From a virus (taxonomy: Duplodnaviria; Caudoviricetes): DNA of 37,832 nucleotides. The position numbers were made by a program, and so were the translations under genes. The stretch is from positions 1-37,832 of IMG/VR virus record IMGVR_UViG_3300036987_000262; one strand, 5' to 3'. Below the pieces are notes generated by a model that saw nothing but the letters and a program-made list of their open reading frames with translations, was not told where the DNA came from and made no database searches. Position 1 is the first letter of the stretch. Every line of letters starts with the position of its first letter. Below are positions 1 through 8,924 of this stretch, piece by piece.

Positions 1-293
1 CCAACCACCGTAGTGGCGGCCTTGAGCCCGCCCTGCGCCATCACACAGGCAACGGCGAGGCAGCACTGGATTTTGACACAGCGCCCTTCTTACAGGGACA
101 CGTCATCAGAGATGAAGAGCCTGCTCCCGCTTCGCCTGCACACATTTCGATTCTTGCCGCAGTCACATAAAACTGAACGAGGTACGCCAGATTCTCGTAT
201 TCACCGAAGACTTCGCAATCAAGCGAGGTGCCCAATTCTCGGAGCTTAATCGGCCACAGCCTTATCTCGCGGCAAGCTACCTATCTAATCGTT

Positions 294-368
294 ATAGATA
301 ATACAGTTTTCGGGTGAAATGGGATTAAAGAACTTCGTTCTTGTTGTGCATTGATCACAGGCAAATGG
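294..368 (+). repeat. Left copy of a ~75 bp imperfect inverted repeat (partner at 3019-3094)
   Basis: The reverse complement of 294-368 aligns to 3019-3094 with about 8 differences in 76 positions (manual alignment). Confidence 0.9.
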
Positions 369-745
369 CGCGACTCTCGTAGCAGGGGCCAGCAGTCCCG
401 CAAGAGTCGTCACCGGCGACGGGAGACTGATGCGGCGCAGTAATCCTGAGGGGGCGTAGGGACAAGAGGCCGCAAAAACTGCAGGGCGTTTCCATCGCAC
501 CTCCCGAAATTGGCCTAAATCCTCTTCAGCCTAACTACCCGTTCATATAGTCTTTGGTAAATCTAGGTTTACAATCAGCCGATCGCGATTAATCGGCATC
601 AGTGATAGCAAAAAGTAAATCCACAATCCGCCGCGAACCATAAGGGGGTTTGGGCCTGAAAATATCCTTATAATAATATCTTGTGGTTTGATGGATACCG
701 AAAAAAGAGGGAATGGATTACAGGTTACACACACCAATCTCCAAT

Positions 746-2593
746 CTATCCGACTCTAACTGCTTTCCAGCAACCGGTCGACTCGCCATCGGGATTAGGA
801 CTACCATGTGTAGTGTACGTTCCGCTCATGGTGTCTCCGTCTATTGTTCCCTCGTAAAAAGGGGGATACATGGTCAATTGGTGCTTATCGCCCACGTCGC
901 CACGGTATATGCTAGCCTGGGCAGGGCTCCAGCTGACCGTATTGCCGCTTTGTTTCCACGTAAAAACTGAGTCTGGATCGGTATCTTCTTCATCTAGTAA
1001 GGTACCGTCTTCATTGAAGCTAGCAATCCACACCATGTTTTTTTCAATATGTCCATCGCATCCCCAATCTCCCTGAATTTTCCATTTCCCGACAATGCTA
1101 TTTTTGGAACCCTTCGTAGAAGATTTTGTCTTCGTAGAAATCTTTGCAGAATGCTTTGAATCTTGTTCCTGCACTTTCGATAAGCGGATAGTATAAGTTT
1201 GGTCGTCTTCAATAACTTCAAGCACATCGTCTACAGGTATGTGTCCAAATGCTATAGCACGGAGGTGCCATCTTCCAGAAACTCCCGTAATTATAACACG
1301 CCCGTTACTATCGGTCGTATGCTCAGAATCGGTACCCAAACCATCTTCGCATTTGACCTCTGCCCCTTTTATGAGCAGGTTGCTGTCTGGTGAGCTATCT
1401 CTAGCCTCTCTGACGTAAAGTGTCAGCGTAACCTCAGATGGATTCACCTGAGATGTGAAATTTTTGCGCTCTTGATTGACAAGCCGTGCCTTGCTGGCTG
1501 CGAACCGTTCTTTGATGGAGAGAGAGCTAGACTTTGCGCTCGTGGATGAGGTTTTCTCATCATCTTGGGCATCTACCATCTGCAAGAATGCATTCTTAGT
1601 GCAAGATCCGGTTATTTCTTCATCCCAGTTATTGGTTTCATATCCGTTTGCAGAAGCCGAGAACGACCAAGTCCCTGGAGTTCCTTTAATTGTAACATAA
1701 TTAATGCTATCGAAAGTCTGTTCGAAGGTTTTGCCTGCACCGTCCTGCCCGTTAACACGAGCATCAGGTATGATGGGTCCGCTTGCACTTCCATCGCGGA
1801 CGTATAGTGTCAGCGCAACCTGAGAAGATAGTTGATTGACTGATTCGGGATTAGAATGGACAAGCTCTTGGAGCCGTACCTTGCTGATTGACGCTGCCAT
1901 CAGTTCCTTGATAGAGAGAGACACAGACTTTGCGCTTGTGGATGAGGTTTCCTCATCATCTGTGCTTGGATTGTCTGCCAAAGCCGAGCCAGTGATGAGA
2001 TTGGTATAAGTATTTTTACTTGAATCCCATAGATATTCTTCACCCTTAACATTGGCATAATAATCATTGGGTGCCACATGTGCTATTTGGAAAGGTAAAT
2101 TTTTTACTCCAAATCCATTCAATACATCTATCGTAGCACTGAGACAATTATTTGTAACTACGTTATATCCTCGTTTTGGAAGATCCTTAATTACACTATT
2201 TGCGTTACCCGGGTTAGGATCACTGACTTGGATTATCTTGAATCCATCGTAACCGAGCGAACGGAATTTAGCTTCTGCATCCTTCAAATCGAGATTTTGT
2301 TCTACCCATGCATCGTTATCTGAGAACGGACTTTGGCCATCTGATGCCCCAATTTCTGTTCCCATAAGTCCTTTTTGATCAAGCACGACAGGAGATCCTC
2401 CGCTGTTTTCAACTGCACCTATAGTCCATGTGCCATCGTCATTCTGAAAACCAACTCCTACATGCCCAAGACTTCCTACCGCAGTTGTCCGAACAGCAAT
2501 AATAGCCATCCCATTTGGTTGACTACATACAGGTACAATCTCAATAGAAAGAACCACGAGGCAAATTGCCAAAACTATATTACGATATGTCAT
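746..2593 (-). CDS. Secreted protein with an N-terminal permuted papain-like (NlpC/P60; LRAT/PPPDE-type) peptidase domain and two carboxypeptidase-regulatory-like/Ig-like repeats
   Basis: 615-aa ORF with a signal-peptide-like N-terminus. His motif GHVGVG precedes Cys motif YNVVTNNC (permuted order). Duplicated segment DDExTSSTSAKSxSLSIKE...VxLTLYVR. Confidence 0.7.
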   Translation of the reverse strand: MTYRNIVLAICLVVLSIEIVPVCSQPNGMAIIAVRTTAVGSLGHVGVGFQNDDGTWTIGAVENSGGSPVVLDQKGLMGTEIGASDGQSPFSDNDAWVEQNLDLKDAEAKFRSLGYDGFKIIQVSDPNPGNANSVIKDLPKRGYNVVTNNCLSATIDVLNGFGVKNLPFQIAHVAPNDYYANVKGEEYLWDSSKNTYTNLITGSALADNPSTDDEETSSTSAKSVSLSIKELMAASISKVRLQELVHSNPESVNQLSSQVALTLYVRDGSASGPIIPDARVNGQDGAGKTFEQTFDSINYVTIKGTPGTWSFSASANGYETNNWDEEITGSCTKNAFLQMVDAQDDEKTSSTSAKSSSLSIKERFAASKARLVNQERKNFTSQVNPSEVTLTLYVREARDSSPDSNLLIKGAEVKCEDGLGTDSEHTTDSNGRVIITGVSGRWHLRAIAFGHIPVDDVLEVIEDDQTYTIRLSKVQEQDSKHSAKISTKTKSSTKGSKNSIVGKWKIQGDWGCDGHIEKNMVWIASFNEDGTLLDEEDTDPDSVFTWKQSGNTVSWSPAQASIYRGDVGDKHQLTMYPPFYEGTIDGDTMSGTYTTHGSPNPDGESTGCWKAVRVG

Positions 2594-3018
2594 GTTTCAT
2601 CCCTCCAAGACTTGCTCATGATTGGAGGATCTAACGAAAAGGCTTTGGGTAGCGAATTCACTCACATCGATTGGCTAATTGTTGTTGCGAGTTAGCTGAT
2701 ATTTATCCAGGCATCAAGTGACATCGACTGAAACAGTACCTTAACAGATGCGGTATGATCCTATTTCGCTGCCTCACTTTGCCCGGCCGAGGGTGCGGGA
2801 GTAGTTGCCGCAGATGAAAAGAGGATCTTGTAGCGCTGCAATTCCAGGTGGCTGTTCAGGGCACCAGCCAGCAGCTCCACGGGGCGACCAGGACGCTGAA
2901 GGTTTCGGGGAGCAAGGAGACGGTCGGGTGGAGATCGATATCGATGATAGGATATGGGTGGATCTGGGGATATCAGGGCGAGGCAAGGGGGCGGGGCGAA
3001 AGTGCTGGTATCCAGAAA

Positions 3019-3094
3019 CCATGTGCCTGTGATCAAACGCACAACTAGAACCAAGTCCTTTAATCTCATTTCATCCGAAAACTGTATTATCTAT
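3019..3094 (-). repeat. Right copy of the ~75 bp inverted repeat
   Basis: Matches the reverse complement of 294-368. Confidence 0.9.
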
Positions 3095-3366
3095 GCCTGG
3101 CCCAGCAACCTCTCCAGATCAGCTATTCGAGCCATTTCCTTGTACTTGTTTCCGTTGCCGCTAAATGCCATTTAGGGATTTTCAGCCAGCTCATCTCGCC
3201 ACCGGGATGGGAGACCTGGATGAATCCCATACTCGCGGGAAATCTGAGCCACTGGCTTGCCGCTTTCAAGCTCAGCCACTACGGATATCTTGAACTCCCG
3301 GTCGTAACGTCGTCTCGTCTTCTTCATGTGCACCCCTCAATTGGGCATCATCGCTTAACTCATTGT

Positions 3367-4224
3367 CTACTCGGAGGGGTCCAGTCCACCTGCCACTTCG
3401 GGGGCTTTCGAACCGCTGCCTTCCCAATTAATTATACCACTATCTCCGGAAGCAAATTTTCCTCCAGGGTGTTTATTTGATCCTTCTAGGTTCATCCATA
3501 TATTGTGGCTATCAAAATTCACATGGTAAAATAATTTAAAATATAAATCAGGATTTTCTTCCATCATCTTAAACATAACATCTATTATTGAATTAAATAC
3601 CATATTGCCTAAAAATACTTCGGCATATGCATGGCAACCATCATCGCCACAACTATGGATAATTCTTGTTCTACCTCCAATGGCCTCTATGAGAGATGCC
3701 ACTAGAACTGCCGCATCTTCACAATCGCCTACACCTGCACACCCTGATTTCTTTCCAATTTCTATAGATTCAGACGCGGAATTTATGTATTCTGTGTTGC
3801 TAGGATCGTTTACATAGCGCCACTCACTATTCACATAATTAGCAATCGCAAAAACTTGTTCTATCGAGTAAGACCCAGGGTATTCAGATGCAATCTCAAG
3901 AGCTTTAGCCCGAACTACAGGATTGTTTGGTTCAACTTTCTCATCATACTCTTCTTGTCTTATGACTGTAGTTGAGATGGGCGGGATATCATTGAATTCC
4001 TCTGTATTGGATAGGTCAATGACGGCCTCATTGCCACCATCACTCACACAAGCAAGCATTGGGATCTCAAGTTCTCCGTTTCTTACTTTTTTAATATCCT
4101 CTTTTGAATAAACATTATAATACCCTCCTTTTCCTAAATCGGTATAGCATCCATCCATTGATGCCGAGACGACAGCCATATTTATCAATATGATTACACA
4201 TACTAATTTTCCTAGAGCATTCAT
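3367..4224 (-). CDS. Secreted transglutaminase-like (cysteine protease fold) protein
   Basis: 285 aa with a hydrophobic N-terminal signal. Motifs GDCEDAAVLVASLIEAIG, HAYAEV and WMNLE give a Cys-His-acid triad. Confidence 0.85.
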   Translation of the reverse strand: MNALGKLVCVIILINMAVVSASMDGCYTDLGKGGYYNVYSKEDIKKVRNGELEIPMLACVSDGGNEAVIDLSNTEEFNDIPPISTTVIRQEEYDEKVEPNNPVVRAKALEIASEYPGSYSIEQVFAIANYVNSEWRYVNDPSNTEYINSASESIEIGKKSGCAGVGDCEDAAVLVASLIEAIGGRTRIIHSCGDDGCHAYAEVFLGNMVFNSIIDVMFKMMEENPDLYFKLFYHVNFDSHNIWMNLEGSNKHPGGKFASGDSGIINWEGSGSKAPEVAGGLDPSE

Positions 4225-4680
4225 TGTAATGGCCGTCCCAATTTATCTATTATTTTCGTCACTTCAGAACATCCCACCAATCTTTTTTATTCTTAATCTC
4301 ACCCTAGCTTAAAGATAGCGGTCTAATGCTTTTGCAATGGCTTCAAAGTTAATTCAAATATCCAAGTGCCTATTTCCATACACCTAGGCTAACGAAGTAC
4401 ATATAACCTGTAAACCTACCCTTCAATTTTTTGGAGCTTCAAGGCCAGAGAATAATTTATAAATATCTTCTTCGATTGTAAAGGCCTTATAGTGCGCGGC
4501 GAATTATAGGGTGATTTCTAAGTTCACAGATAACAATTAGTCGGCATTGGGCAACTGTCGTAAAATCATTCCATAGTATGCTGGAATGGCCAGGTAGGCA
4601 GAAGCGGATTTAGGCAGATTTGAGAAGGTTGCAACAAGACAATATGGATAACATTTAGTTAGCATCCATCTCCAGAAAAA

Positions 4681-4722
4681 TTCTATGGCATTTTTATCAT
4701 TTAGATATCAAATGTCATAAAA
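4681..4722. repeat. 42-bp palindromic site, copy 1 (TTCTATGGCA-N22-TGTCATAAAA)
   Basis: Same arms and same 22-nt spacing as 7690-7731. Confidence 0.75.
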
Positions 4723-5109
4723 AGCATCGATGAAATTACAATTCGCACCTAAAACTATGAAATTTTCAAGTATTTTCATGGTAACTTATTAGATTACTAA
4801 CGCAGTGAAATATTCCAGACCGCAGAGATGACACCCGAAAGGCCCTCTCTCCAAAGCCCCCGGGCGGCCTCCTCTCCGCCCTACCACCCAGGGCACGGTA
4901 GAACGCCAAGATACTCGCCTCCTGGGCATCCTTGGGCCTCGGATTCTGCTATTTATATAAAAATATGTCACCACCAGGCACCGCAGGCACCACAGAAGAC
5001 GCTCTAAAACCTCCCTCGTGATACTTCCGCCGTCTCCTTTCCGCCTCCCGGAATACGCCCATGGCCTGCCGGGCCGTCAGTGAAAGGAAAAAGAGCAAAG
5101 GAAAAAAGG

Positions 5110-5349
5110 TCAATCGATAGGATCGTAGTCGCAGTCTTTTCTATCTTTTTCGCAGTCGTTCTCCCAATCTGCCCTAGCATCTATGATATCTTTCCTGCGA
5201 AGGGCTGCAAAGGCCCTTTCTGCCAACTCCATTTGGTCTGCGATGTCTTGAATCCAAAGAGACAAAAATTTCATATTTACCAGTTCTGCGATGCTGGGCG
5301 ATGTGTGGGTAGATACCACCTTTTCAACCAGTTCGTTTTCTGATGACAT
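5110..5349 (-). CDS. Hypothetical protein (79 aa)
   Basis: Last ORF of a tightly packed minus-strand operon; AAGGA upstream. Confidence 0.6.
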   Translation of the reverse strand: MSSENELVEKVVSTHTSPSIAELVNMKFLSLWIQDIADQMELAERAFAALRRKDIIDARADWENDCEKDRKDCDYDPID

Positions 5350-5350
5350 T

Positions 5351-5509
5351 TTAATTTTCCTTCTGAATAGATTTATGGATATGTAGCATCAGGCTCACGG
5401 TGACCATTCCCTGCGCGCCTATCTTTTTTCGAGCGAGCTGGAAGGCTGCCTCCCTATCTCTGCGAGGAAGGCACGCAAACTCGTCATGTTCTGGCTGCTT
5501 GTAGTTCAT
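5351..5509 (-). CDS. Small hypothetical protein (52 aa, MNYKQPEHDEFAC...)
   Basis: Translated by hand (below the ORF-track cutoff). GGGGAG SD; abuts the next gene. Confidence 0.6.
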   Translation of the reverse strand: MNYKQPEHDEFACLPRRDREAAFQLARKKIGAQGMVTVSLMLHIHKSIQKEN

Positions 5510-5583
5510 TTCAACTCCCCCTAATCCCGTTCCAATGCATTATGGAGAGATCCCGGACGGCCACAAAAATAGATGGAAGAGCC

Positions 5584-6444
5584 TTAAGCCGTAGCAGTTG
5601 CACGCGCTCTCCCCTCCGGAAGCTTGCCGGTCATGACGTACTCCACCGCCTCGCGGGCCTGCTTGCTGGCCTTCAAAACCCATTTAGGATTATTCTGCAA
5701 AGCCTTCAGCCAGGAGCCAATATAGGCCGTGGAGTTTTGCAGGGTCTGGGATGTGTCGAGGGCGGCAATCTGGCAGAGGAAGGCGGCACCCATCTCGGCA
5801 GTGAGCTCCTCCTGGCTCCTTACGTCCTTGCCTATGTGGTAGCTGCTGACGCTATCCCGGCAGAGCCTGCCAGCTCCTCCCGTCCAGTGGGTCAGCTCGT
5901 GAAAGGCCGTGGCGTAATACTCCTCACTGCTCTCGAACTGGTCGAGGGCAGGCAGAAAAATCTTATCGCTATGCGGGAGATAATAAGCCTGCTTTGTGTC
6001 GGTTTCGATGCAGGGGCCTCTCCGCCGTAGTAGCTCCTCAGCGCCGGGGATCTGCTGATTATCCCTCTCCACCGGCACCTTTTCCGGCAGGCCTTTGGTC
6101 TGGCACCAGTTGAAGACGGTGTAGTATTTGAGGAAGTGAATGGGCCTAAGAACTACTTGCCCTTCCTTGTTTGTCTCTTCCTTGATCATACGATCTACAA
6201 AGACGATTGGCGAGCCCTTCTCCCCGGCCCGGATGGAGCCTCCCATCTTCTGGGCCTGGCGGAAGGTGAGCCAGTAGGGGCTCTCGTAATTCGACTGCAA
6301 GAGGAGGGTATTGATCCCTTGATATTCTTTGTTGGTGGCGTAGGATGTCGGGCCGTTGGAGGTCCACGGCCGGCGCCAGGGAATTATTCCACCCTCCAGC
6401 TGCTTTAGTATCTGGCCGGTCACGACCTCGAAGACGTCCTTCAT
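5584..6444 (-). CDS. ardC: ArdC-family antirestriction / ssDNA-binding protein with a zincin-like C-terminal domain
   Basis: Motifs PWRRPW, YQGIN, WLTFRQAQKMGG-I-AGEKG, YTVFN, AYY, HELTHWTG (HExxH), EELTAEMGAAFLC, AYIGSWL. Confidence 0.92.
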   Translation of the reverse strand: MKDVFEVVTGQILKQLEGGIIPWRRPWTSNGPTSYATNKEYQGINTLLLQSNYESPYWLTFRQAQKMGGSIRAGEKGSPIVFVDRMIKEETNKEGQVVLRPIHFLKYYTVFNWCQTKGLPEKVPVERDNQQIPGAEELLRRRGPCIETDTKQAYYLPHSDKIFLPALDQFESSEEYYATAFHELTHWTGGAGRLCRDSVSSYHIGKDVRSQEELTAEMGAAFLCQIAALDTSQTLQNSTAYIGSWLKALQNNPKWVLKASKQAREAVEYVMTGKLPEGRARATATA

Positions 6445-6569
6445 CTTGCCAGCCTCCCGGATTTGGCTTGCAGCTCACCCAGGATGCAATGGGCCAGTCT
6501 ATCGGCTATCTCCTCCTGTTCGGAGAGAGAAAGCTTGAGGGCCTCCTCAAGGATCTCGGCAGGGCTCAA
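6441..6569 (-). CDS. Small helical protein (42 aa), weakly resembling addiction-module component proteins
   Basis: GGAGGTG SD before a TTG start that overlaps the upstream stop; EILEEALKLSLSEQEEIADRL; its stop overlaps the ardC ATG. Confidence 0.55.
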   Translation of the reverse strand: MSPAEILEEALKLSLSEQEEIADRLAHCILGELQAKSGRLAR

Positions 6570-6706
6570 GGCTTCCACCTCCTGACTATATCCCGGTGCC
6601 TGGGAGCCTGGATCCAGGATCTCCACCACACGTCAAGGGCGACAAAGGCCACGGTCACGAAGAGCAGGCCAAAAAAGAGTAGATCAGTATCAACTAATTT
6701 CTGCAT
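6566..6706 (-). CDS. Small single-pass membrane protein (46 aa)
   Basis: Hand translation MQKLVDTDLLFFGLLFVTVAFVALDVWWRSW...; fills the gap between two operon genes. Confidence 0.55.
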   Translation of the reverse strand: MQKLVDTDLLFFGLLFVTVAFVALDVWWRSWIQAPRHRDIVRRWKP

Positions 6707-6708
6707 TT

Positions 6709-7449
6709 TCAATACCCCAGGCTGACGCAGTAGCGGTGCTCCTCCCGCTCAAGGTCCTTGTATTCCTGGCATTCCCACTGGCCGGCGTCTCCCAGGGCTT
6801 TTAGCCGGGCCTGTATCTTTTCCAGCCTGCGGGCCGCTTTGCAAAAGTTTTTGTAGTCCATGGGGTGGAATTCATGCACTCGGTGGGCGGCGTAGTCGTT
6901 CTGCAGGTATTCTTGGTATTCTTTGACCCTCTTGGAGTCGGCCAGGGCCGGGAGATTTTCAGGCTCTTTCCGGCCGGCTTTGGACTGTTGAGAAGGGGCC
7001 TTCACCTGACGAACCTCCCGGCGGCTTTCTGAGCAGTTCCCGTTTTCTCGCAGGGCGACGAGTTCCGGGAAAGCGGCTTTAAAGTGCCTGCACTTTCCGC
7101 GGTAGACAAAGCCCTTGCAGGTGCAGCCCTGCGGCGTGACACGATAATAGAACTGGCCTGTAGAGCTGAGCACCAGTGCAATTTGCTCGTAAGGGGTCTC
7201 AGGCATCTTTACCATGTCAGGCTTGGCCACTGTGGCCCGGCCGGTCATAATCTCGACCAGGGCTTGGACGAATCTAACCTCAAACATTCCTTCGCTGGCA
7301 GCGGGCGGCAGAGGCAGCTTTGCCTTTATACGCTCGGCTTCGGCCTGGGCACTGGCCGCCATCTGGTTTGCTGCCTGCTTAATCCTCTGCTGCTCGGCAA
7401 GCATATCTTGAACCATCCAGCTTGCCTGCTTTTCTTCTGCTTCAGTCAT
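6709..7449 (-). CDS. SWIM zinc-finger protein
   Basis: CTCKGFVYRGKCRH matches CxC-xn-CxH. Likely start is the ATG at 7449 after an AGGTGG SD (the track starts at 7461). Confidence 0.8.
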   Translation of the reverse strand: MTEAEEKQASWMVQDMLAEQQRIKQAANQMAASAQAEAERIKAKLPLPPAASEGMFEVRFVQALVEIMTGRATVAKPDMVKMPETPYEQIALVLSSTGQFYYRVTPQGCTCKGFVYRGKCRHFKAAFPELVALRENGNCSESRREVRQVKAPSQQSKAGRKEPENLPALADSKRVKEYQEYLQNDYAAHRVHEFHPMDYKNFCKAARRLEKIQARLKALGDAGQWECQEYKDLEREEHRYCVSLGY

Positions 7450-7469
7450 TTTTCGGACCACCTAAAGTT

Positions 7470-7535
7470 CTTAATATATACCCTACTTTTGGACTTATAA
7501 GTATTGCGCTTGCGCAAACGCTTGCGCTTGCGCAA
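7470..7535 (-). promoter_or_regulatory. Leftward promoter (TATA-like CTTATAAG near 7494-7501) with an adjacent GCGCAA-repeat operator
   Basis: TTGCGCTTGCGCAA occurs twice in 7504-7535; the same motif occurs at 8187-8211. Confidence 0.7.
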
Positions 7536-7689
7536 AAAGCTATTTTCGGACCTGACAGAGGCCAAAATCGATAACATGCGCGACGAAGAGAGCACTAAAA
7601 TCGTTATCAACAGACATCATACACAGAACAAGAACGGCCACATGGATGACGCAGAATAGCACGCCAGGAATGGGCCGCCCTAAAAATAA

Positions 7690-7731
7690 TTCTATGGCAC
7701 TTTTTAGCATTGCGCATATAATGTCATAGAA
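7690..7731. repeat. 42-bp palindromic site, copy 2 (TTCTATGGCA-N22-TGTCATAGAA)
   Basis: Direct-repeat partner of 4681-4722. Confidence 0.75.
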
Positions 7732-7857
7732 CAAATCCGGCCCGATGGCCGACCCTCCAATCAACCAAGGCCATCTCGCCCGTCCGTCCCCGTCAGTAAA
7801 CCCCACGGCCTGGCCTGGGGTTTACGTTAATTCCCACAGCGACGAGCACGGACCCCT

Positions 7858-8158
7858 ACTGGTTGGGGTCCGCGCGCAGGAGCGTGCCTACTCGCATGCC
7901 ATGATCAACCTAAAAGGAAGCCGTACAGGAAAGCTCATGCCCCCTGATAACTGGCAGAGTCCCTGTGCCCCCTGGATTGCGGAGCAAAAAGCTCCCGCCC
8001 GGAAACGTCCTCGAATCCAAGCCTTCCCGGCGTTGAGGGAGCCCCACCCTCCCGCGCGTTTTACCGCGCGCGGCACCCCAGAAGAAGCTCAAGCAGCAGC
8101 ATTTAGGTGGAGAGGCCCCAACTGGCCCTGGAGAGGGCCATCCAGGCCCTCCTCCTAA
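7858..8158. other. ~300 bp GC-rich multi-hairpin non-coding element, copy 1
   Basis: Stems GGAGC-N5-GCTCC, CGCGCG-N6-CGCGCG, TGGCCCT-GGAG-AGGGCCA and TTAGGTGGAG...CTCCTCCTAA are conserved in copy 2, with loop changes and frame-breaking indels. Confidence 0.7.
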
Positions 8159-8174
8159 CAGTCCCGCAATCTCC

Positions 8175-8211
8175 GAAAAGTATATATGCGCAAGCGCAAA
8201 CGCAAGCGCAA
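8175..8211 (+). promoter_or_regulatory. BRE/TATA promoter (GAAAAG-TATATAT) with a GCGCAA-repeat operator; probably a leaderless transcript
   Basis: TATA at 8181-8187, then TGCGCAAGCGCAAACGCAAGCGCA running directly into the ATG at 8211. Confidence 0.8.
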
Positions 8212-8414
8212 TGGCAGAGAAGCGAGAGAAGGTAATTGACCGGATCAACGTCCCGGTCCTCGGCACGGCCAAACGTGTCCTGAACGAATTTCAGGAAACA
8301 AGAAATTACGGCTCCCAGAGCGATGCTCTCAGCGACCTGCTTCTGGACTACGGAAGGCTCCAGGAGAAAGTAAAAGAGCTTGAAGCCCAGCTTGCCGAAG
8401 CAAAGAAAGAGTGA
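8211..8414 (+). CDS. Ribbon-helix-helix-like regulator with a C-terminal coiled coil (copy 1)
   Basis: Alternating strand RINVPV, helix, SQSDAL helix, tail VKELEAQLAEAKKE. Confidence 0.75.
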   Translation: MAEKREKVIDRINVPVLGTAKRVLNEFQETRNYGSQSDALSDLLLDYGRLQEKVKELEAQLAEAKKE

Positions 8415-8460
8415 TGCCATCAGCTAATGCCTTAAAATTGCAAGAAAAATATATTGCAGG

Positions 8461-8661
8461 ATGCAAATGTCTAAACCACTTAGCGCCTACGTCCCCTGCC
8501 TCTACTGCCGGAGGGGGCCGAGAGGAGACGACCCGGACCCCTGTTCCGGTGTGCGTCACATCCGGTCCTTGCAGGCCGGCGGCTGCTTCCTGGGAGAGGT
8601 CACGCCGGGAAAAGAGGCGCTCCACGCCAAATTCATCAAGACCCTGGAGGTGAAAGCCTGA
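8461..8661 (+). CDS. Small Cys-rich (Zn-binding) protein, copy 1
   Basis: CLYC...PC...GC; frame conserved in the paralog at 9566-9766. Confidence 0.75.
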   Translation: MQMSKPLSAYVPCLYCRRGPRGDDPDPCSGVRHIRSLQAGGCFLGEVTPGKEALHAKFIKTLEVKA

Positions 8662-8921
8662 AGATCGAGCGCAGGGACGACCCCCAGACCCAAGAGCATG
8701 TGATTACGATTACCCTGACTCGGAAAGAGATGGTTCGGGCAAGCGACGAGATGACCCCGGCTGAAAAAGAGACCACCTATCTCATGAGCCAGAGCCCATT
8801 GCCCTCCACTCAAATCTGCTCCCTGGTTGAGATTGTATCCGCCCTTGAGAAGGCCGATGCCAAGGCGGCCATGAGCCAGGACGCCCTAATGGATGATGAG
8901 GAGAATCAGGATGACCTCTGA
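8658..8921 (+). CDS. Hypothetical acidic protein, copy 1 (probable CTG start)
   Basis: GGAGGTGA SD, then an in-frame CTG overlapping the upstream TGA; conserved in the paralog. Confidence 0.7.
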   Translation: MKIERRDDPQTQEHVITITLTRKEMVRASDEMTPAEKETTYLMSQSPLPSTQICSLVEIVSALEKADAKAAMSQDALMDDEENQDDL

Positions 8922-8924
8922 GCG

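Larger units (their letters stand above)
7858..8916 (+). repeat. Tandem duplication unit 1 (structured element + promoter + RHH gene + Cys-rich gene + acidic gene)
   Basis: Collinear and highly similar to 8925-10021, except for the promoter/operator, the 5' part of the RHH gene and an internal variable segment. Confidence 0.95.

Noticed and set aside
1-500. Short ORFs at the left edge (13-249, 41-235, 285-500) and at 2761-3175
   Set aside because: No motifs, SD sites or consistent frames; possibly decayed sequence, but I cannot assign it.
7745-8158. ORFs across the structured elements (7745-8158, 9033-9260 and antisense ORFs)
   Set aside because: Indels between the two copies break the frames, and there are no SD sites or consistent starts.
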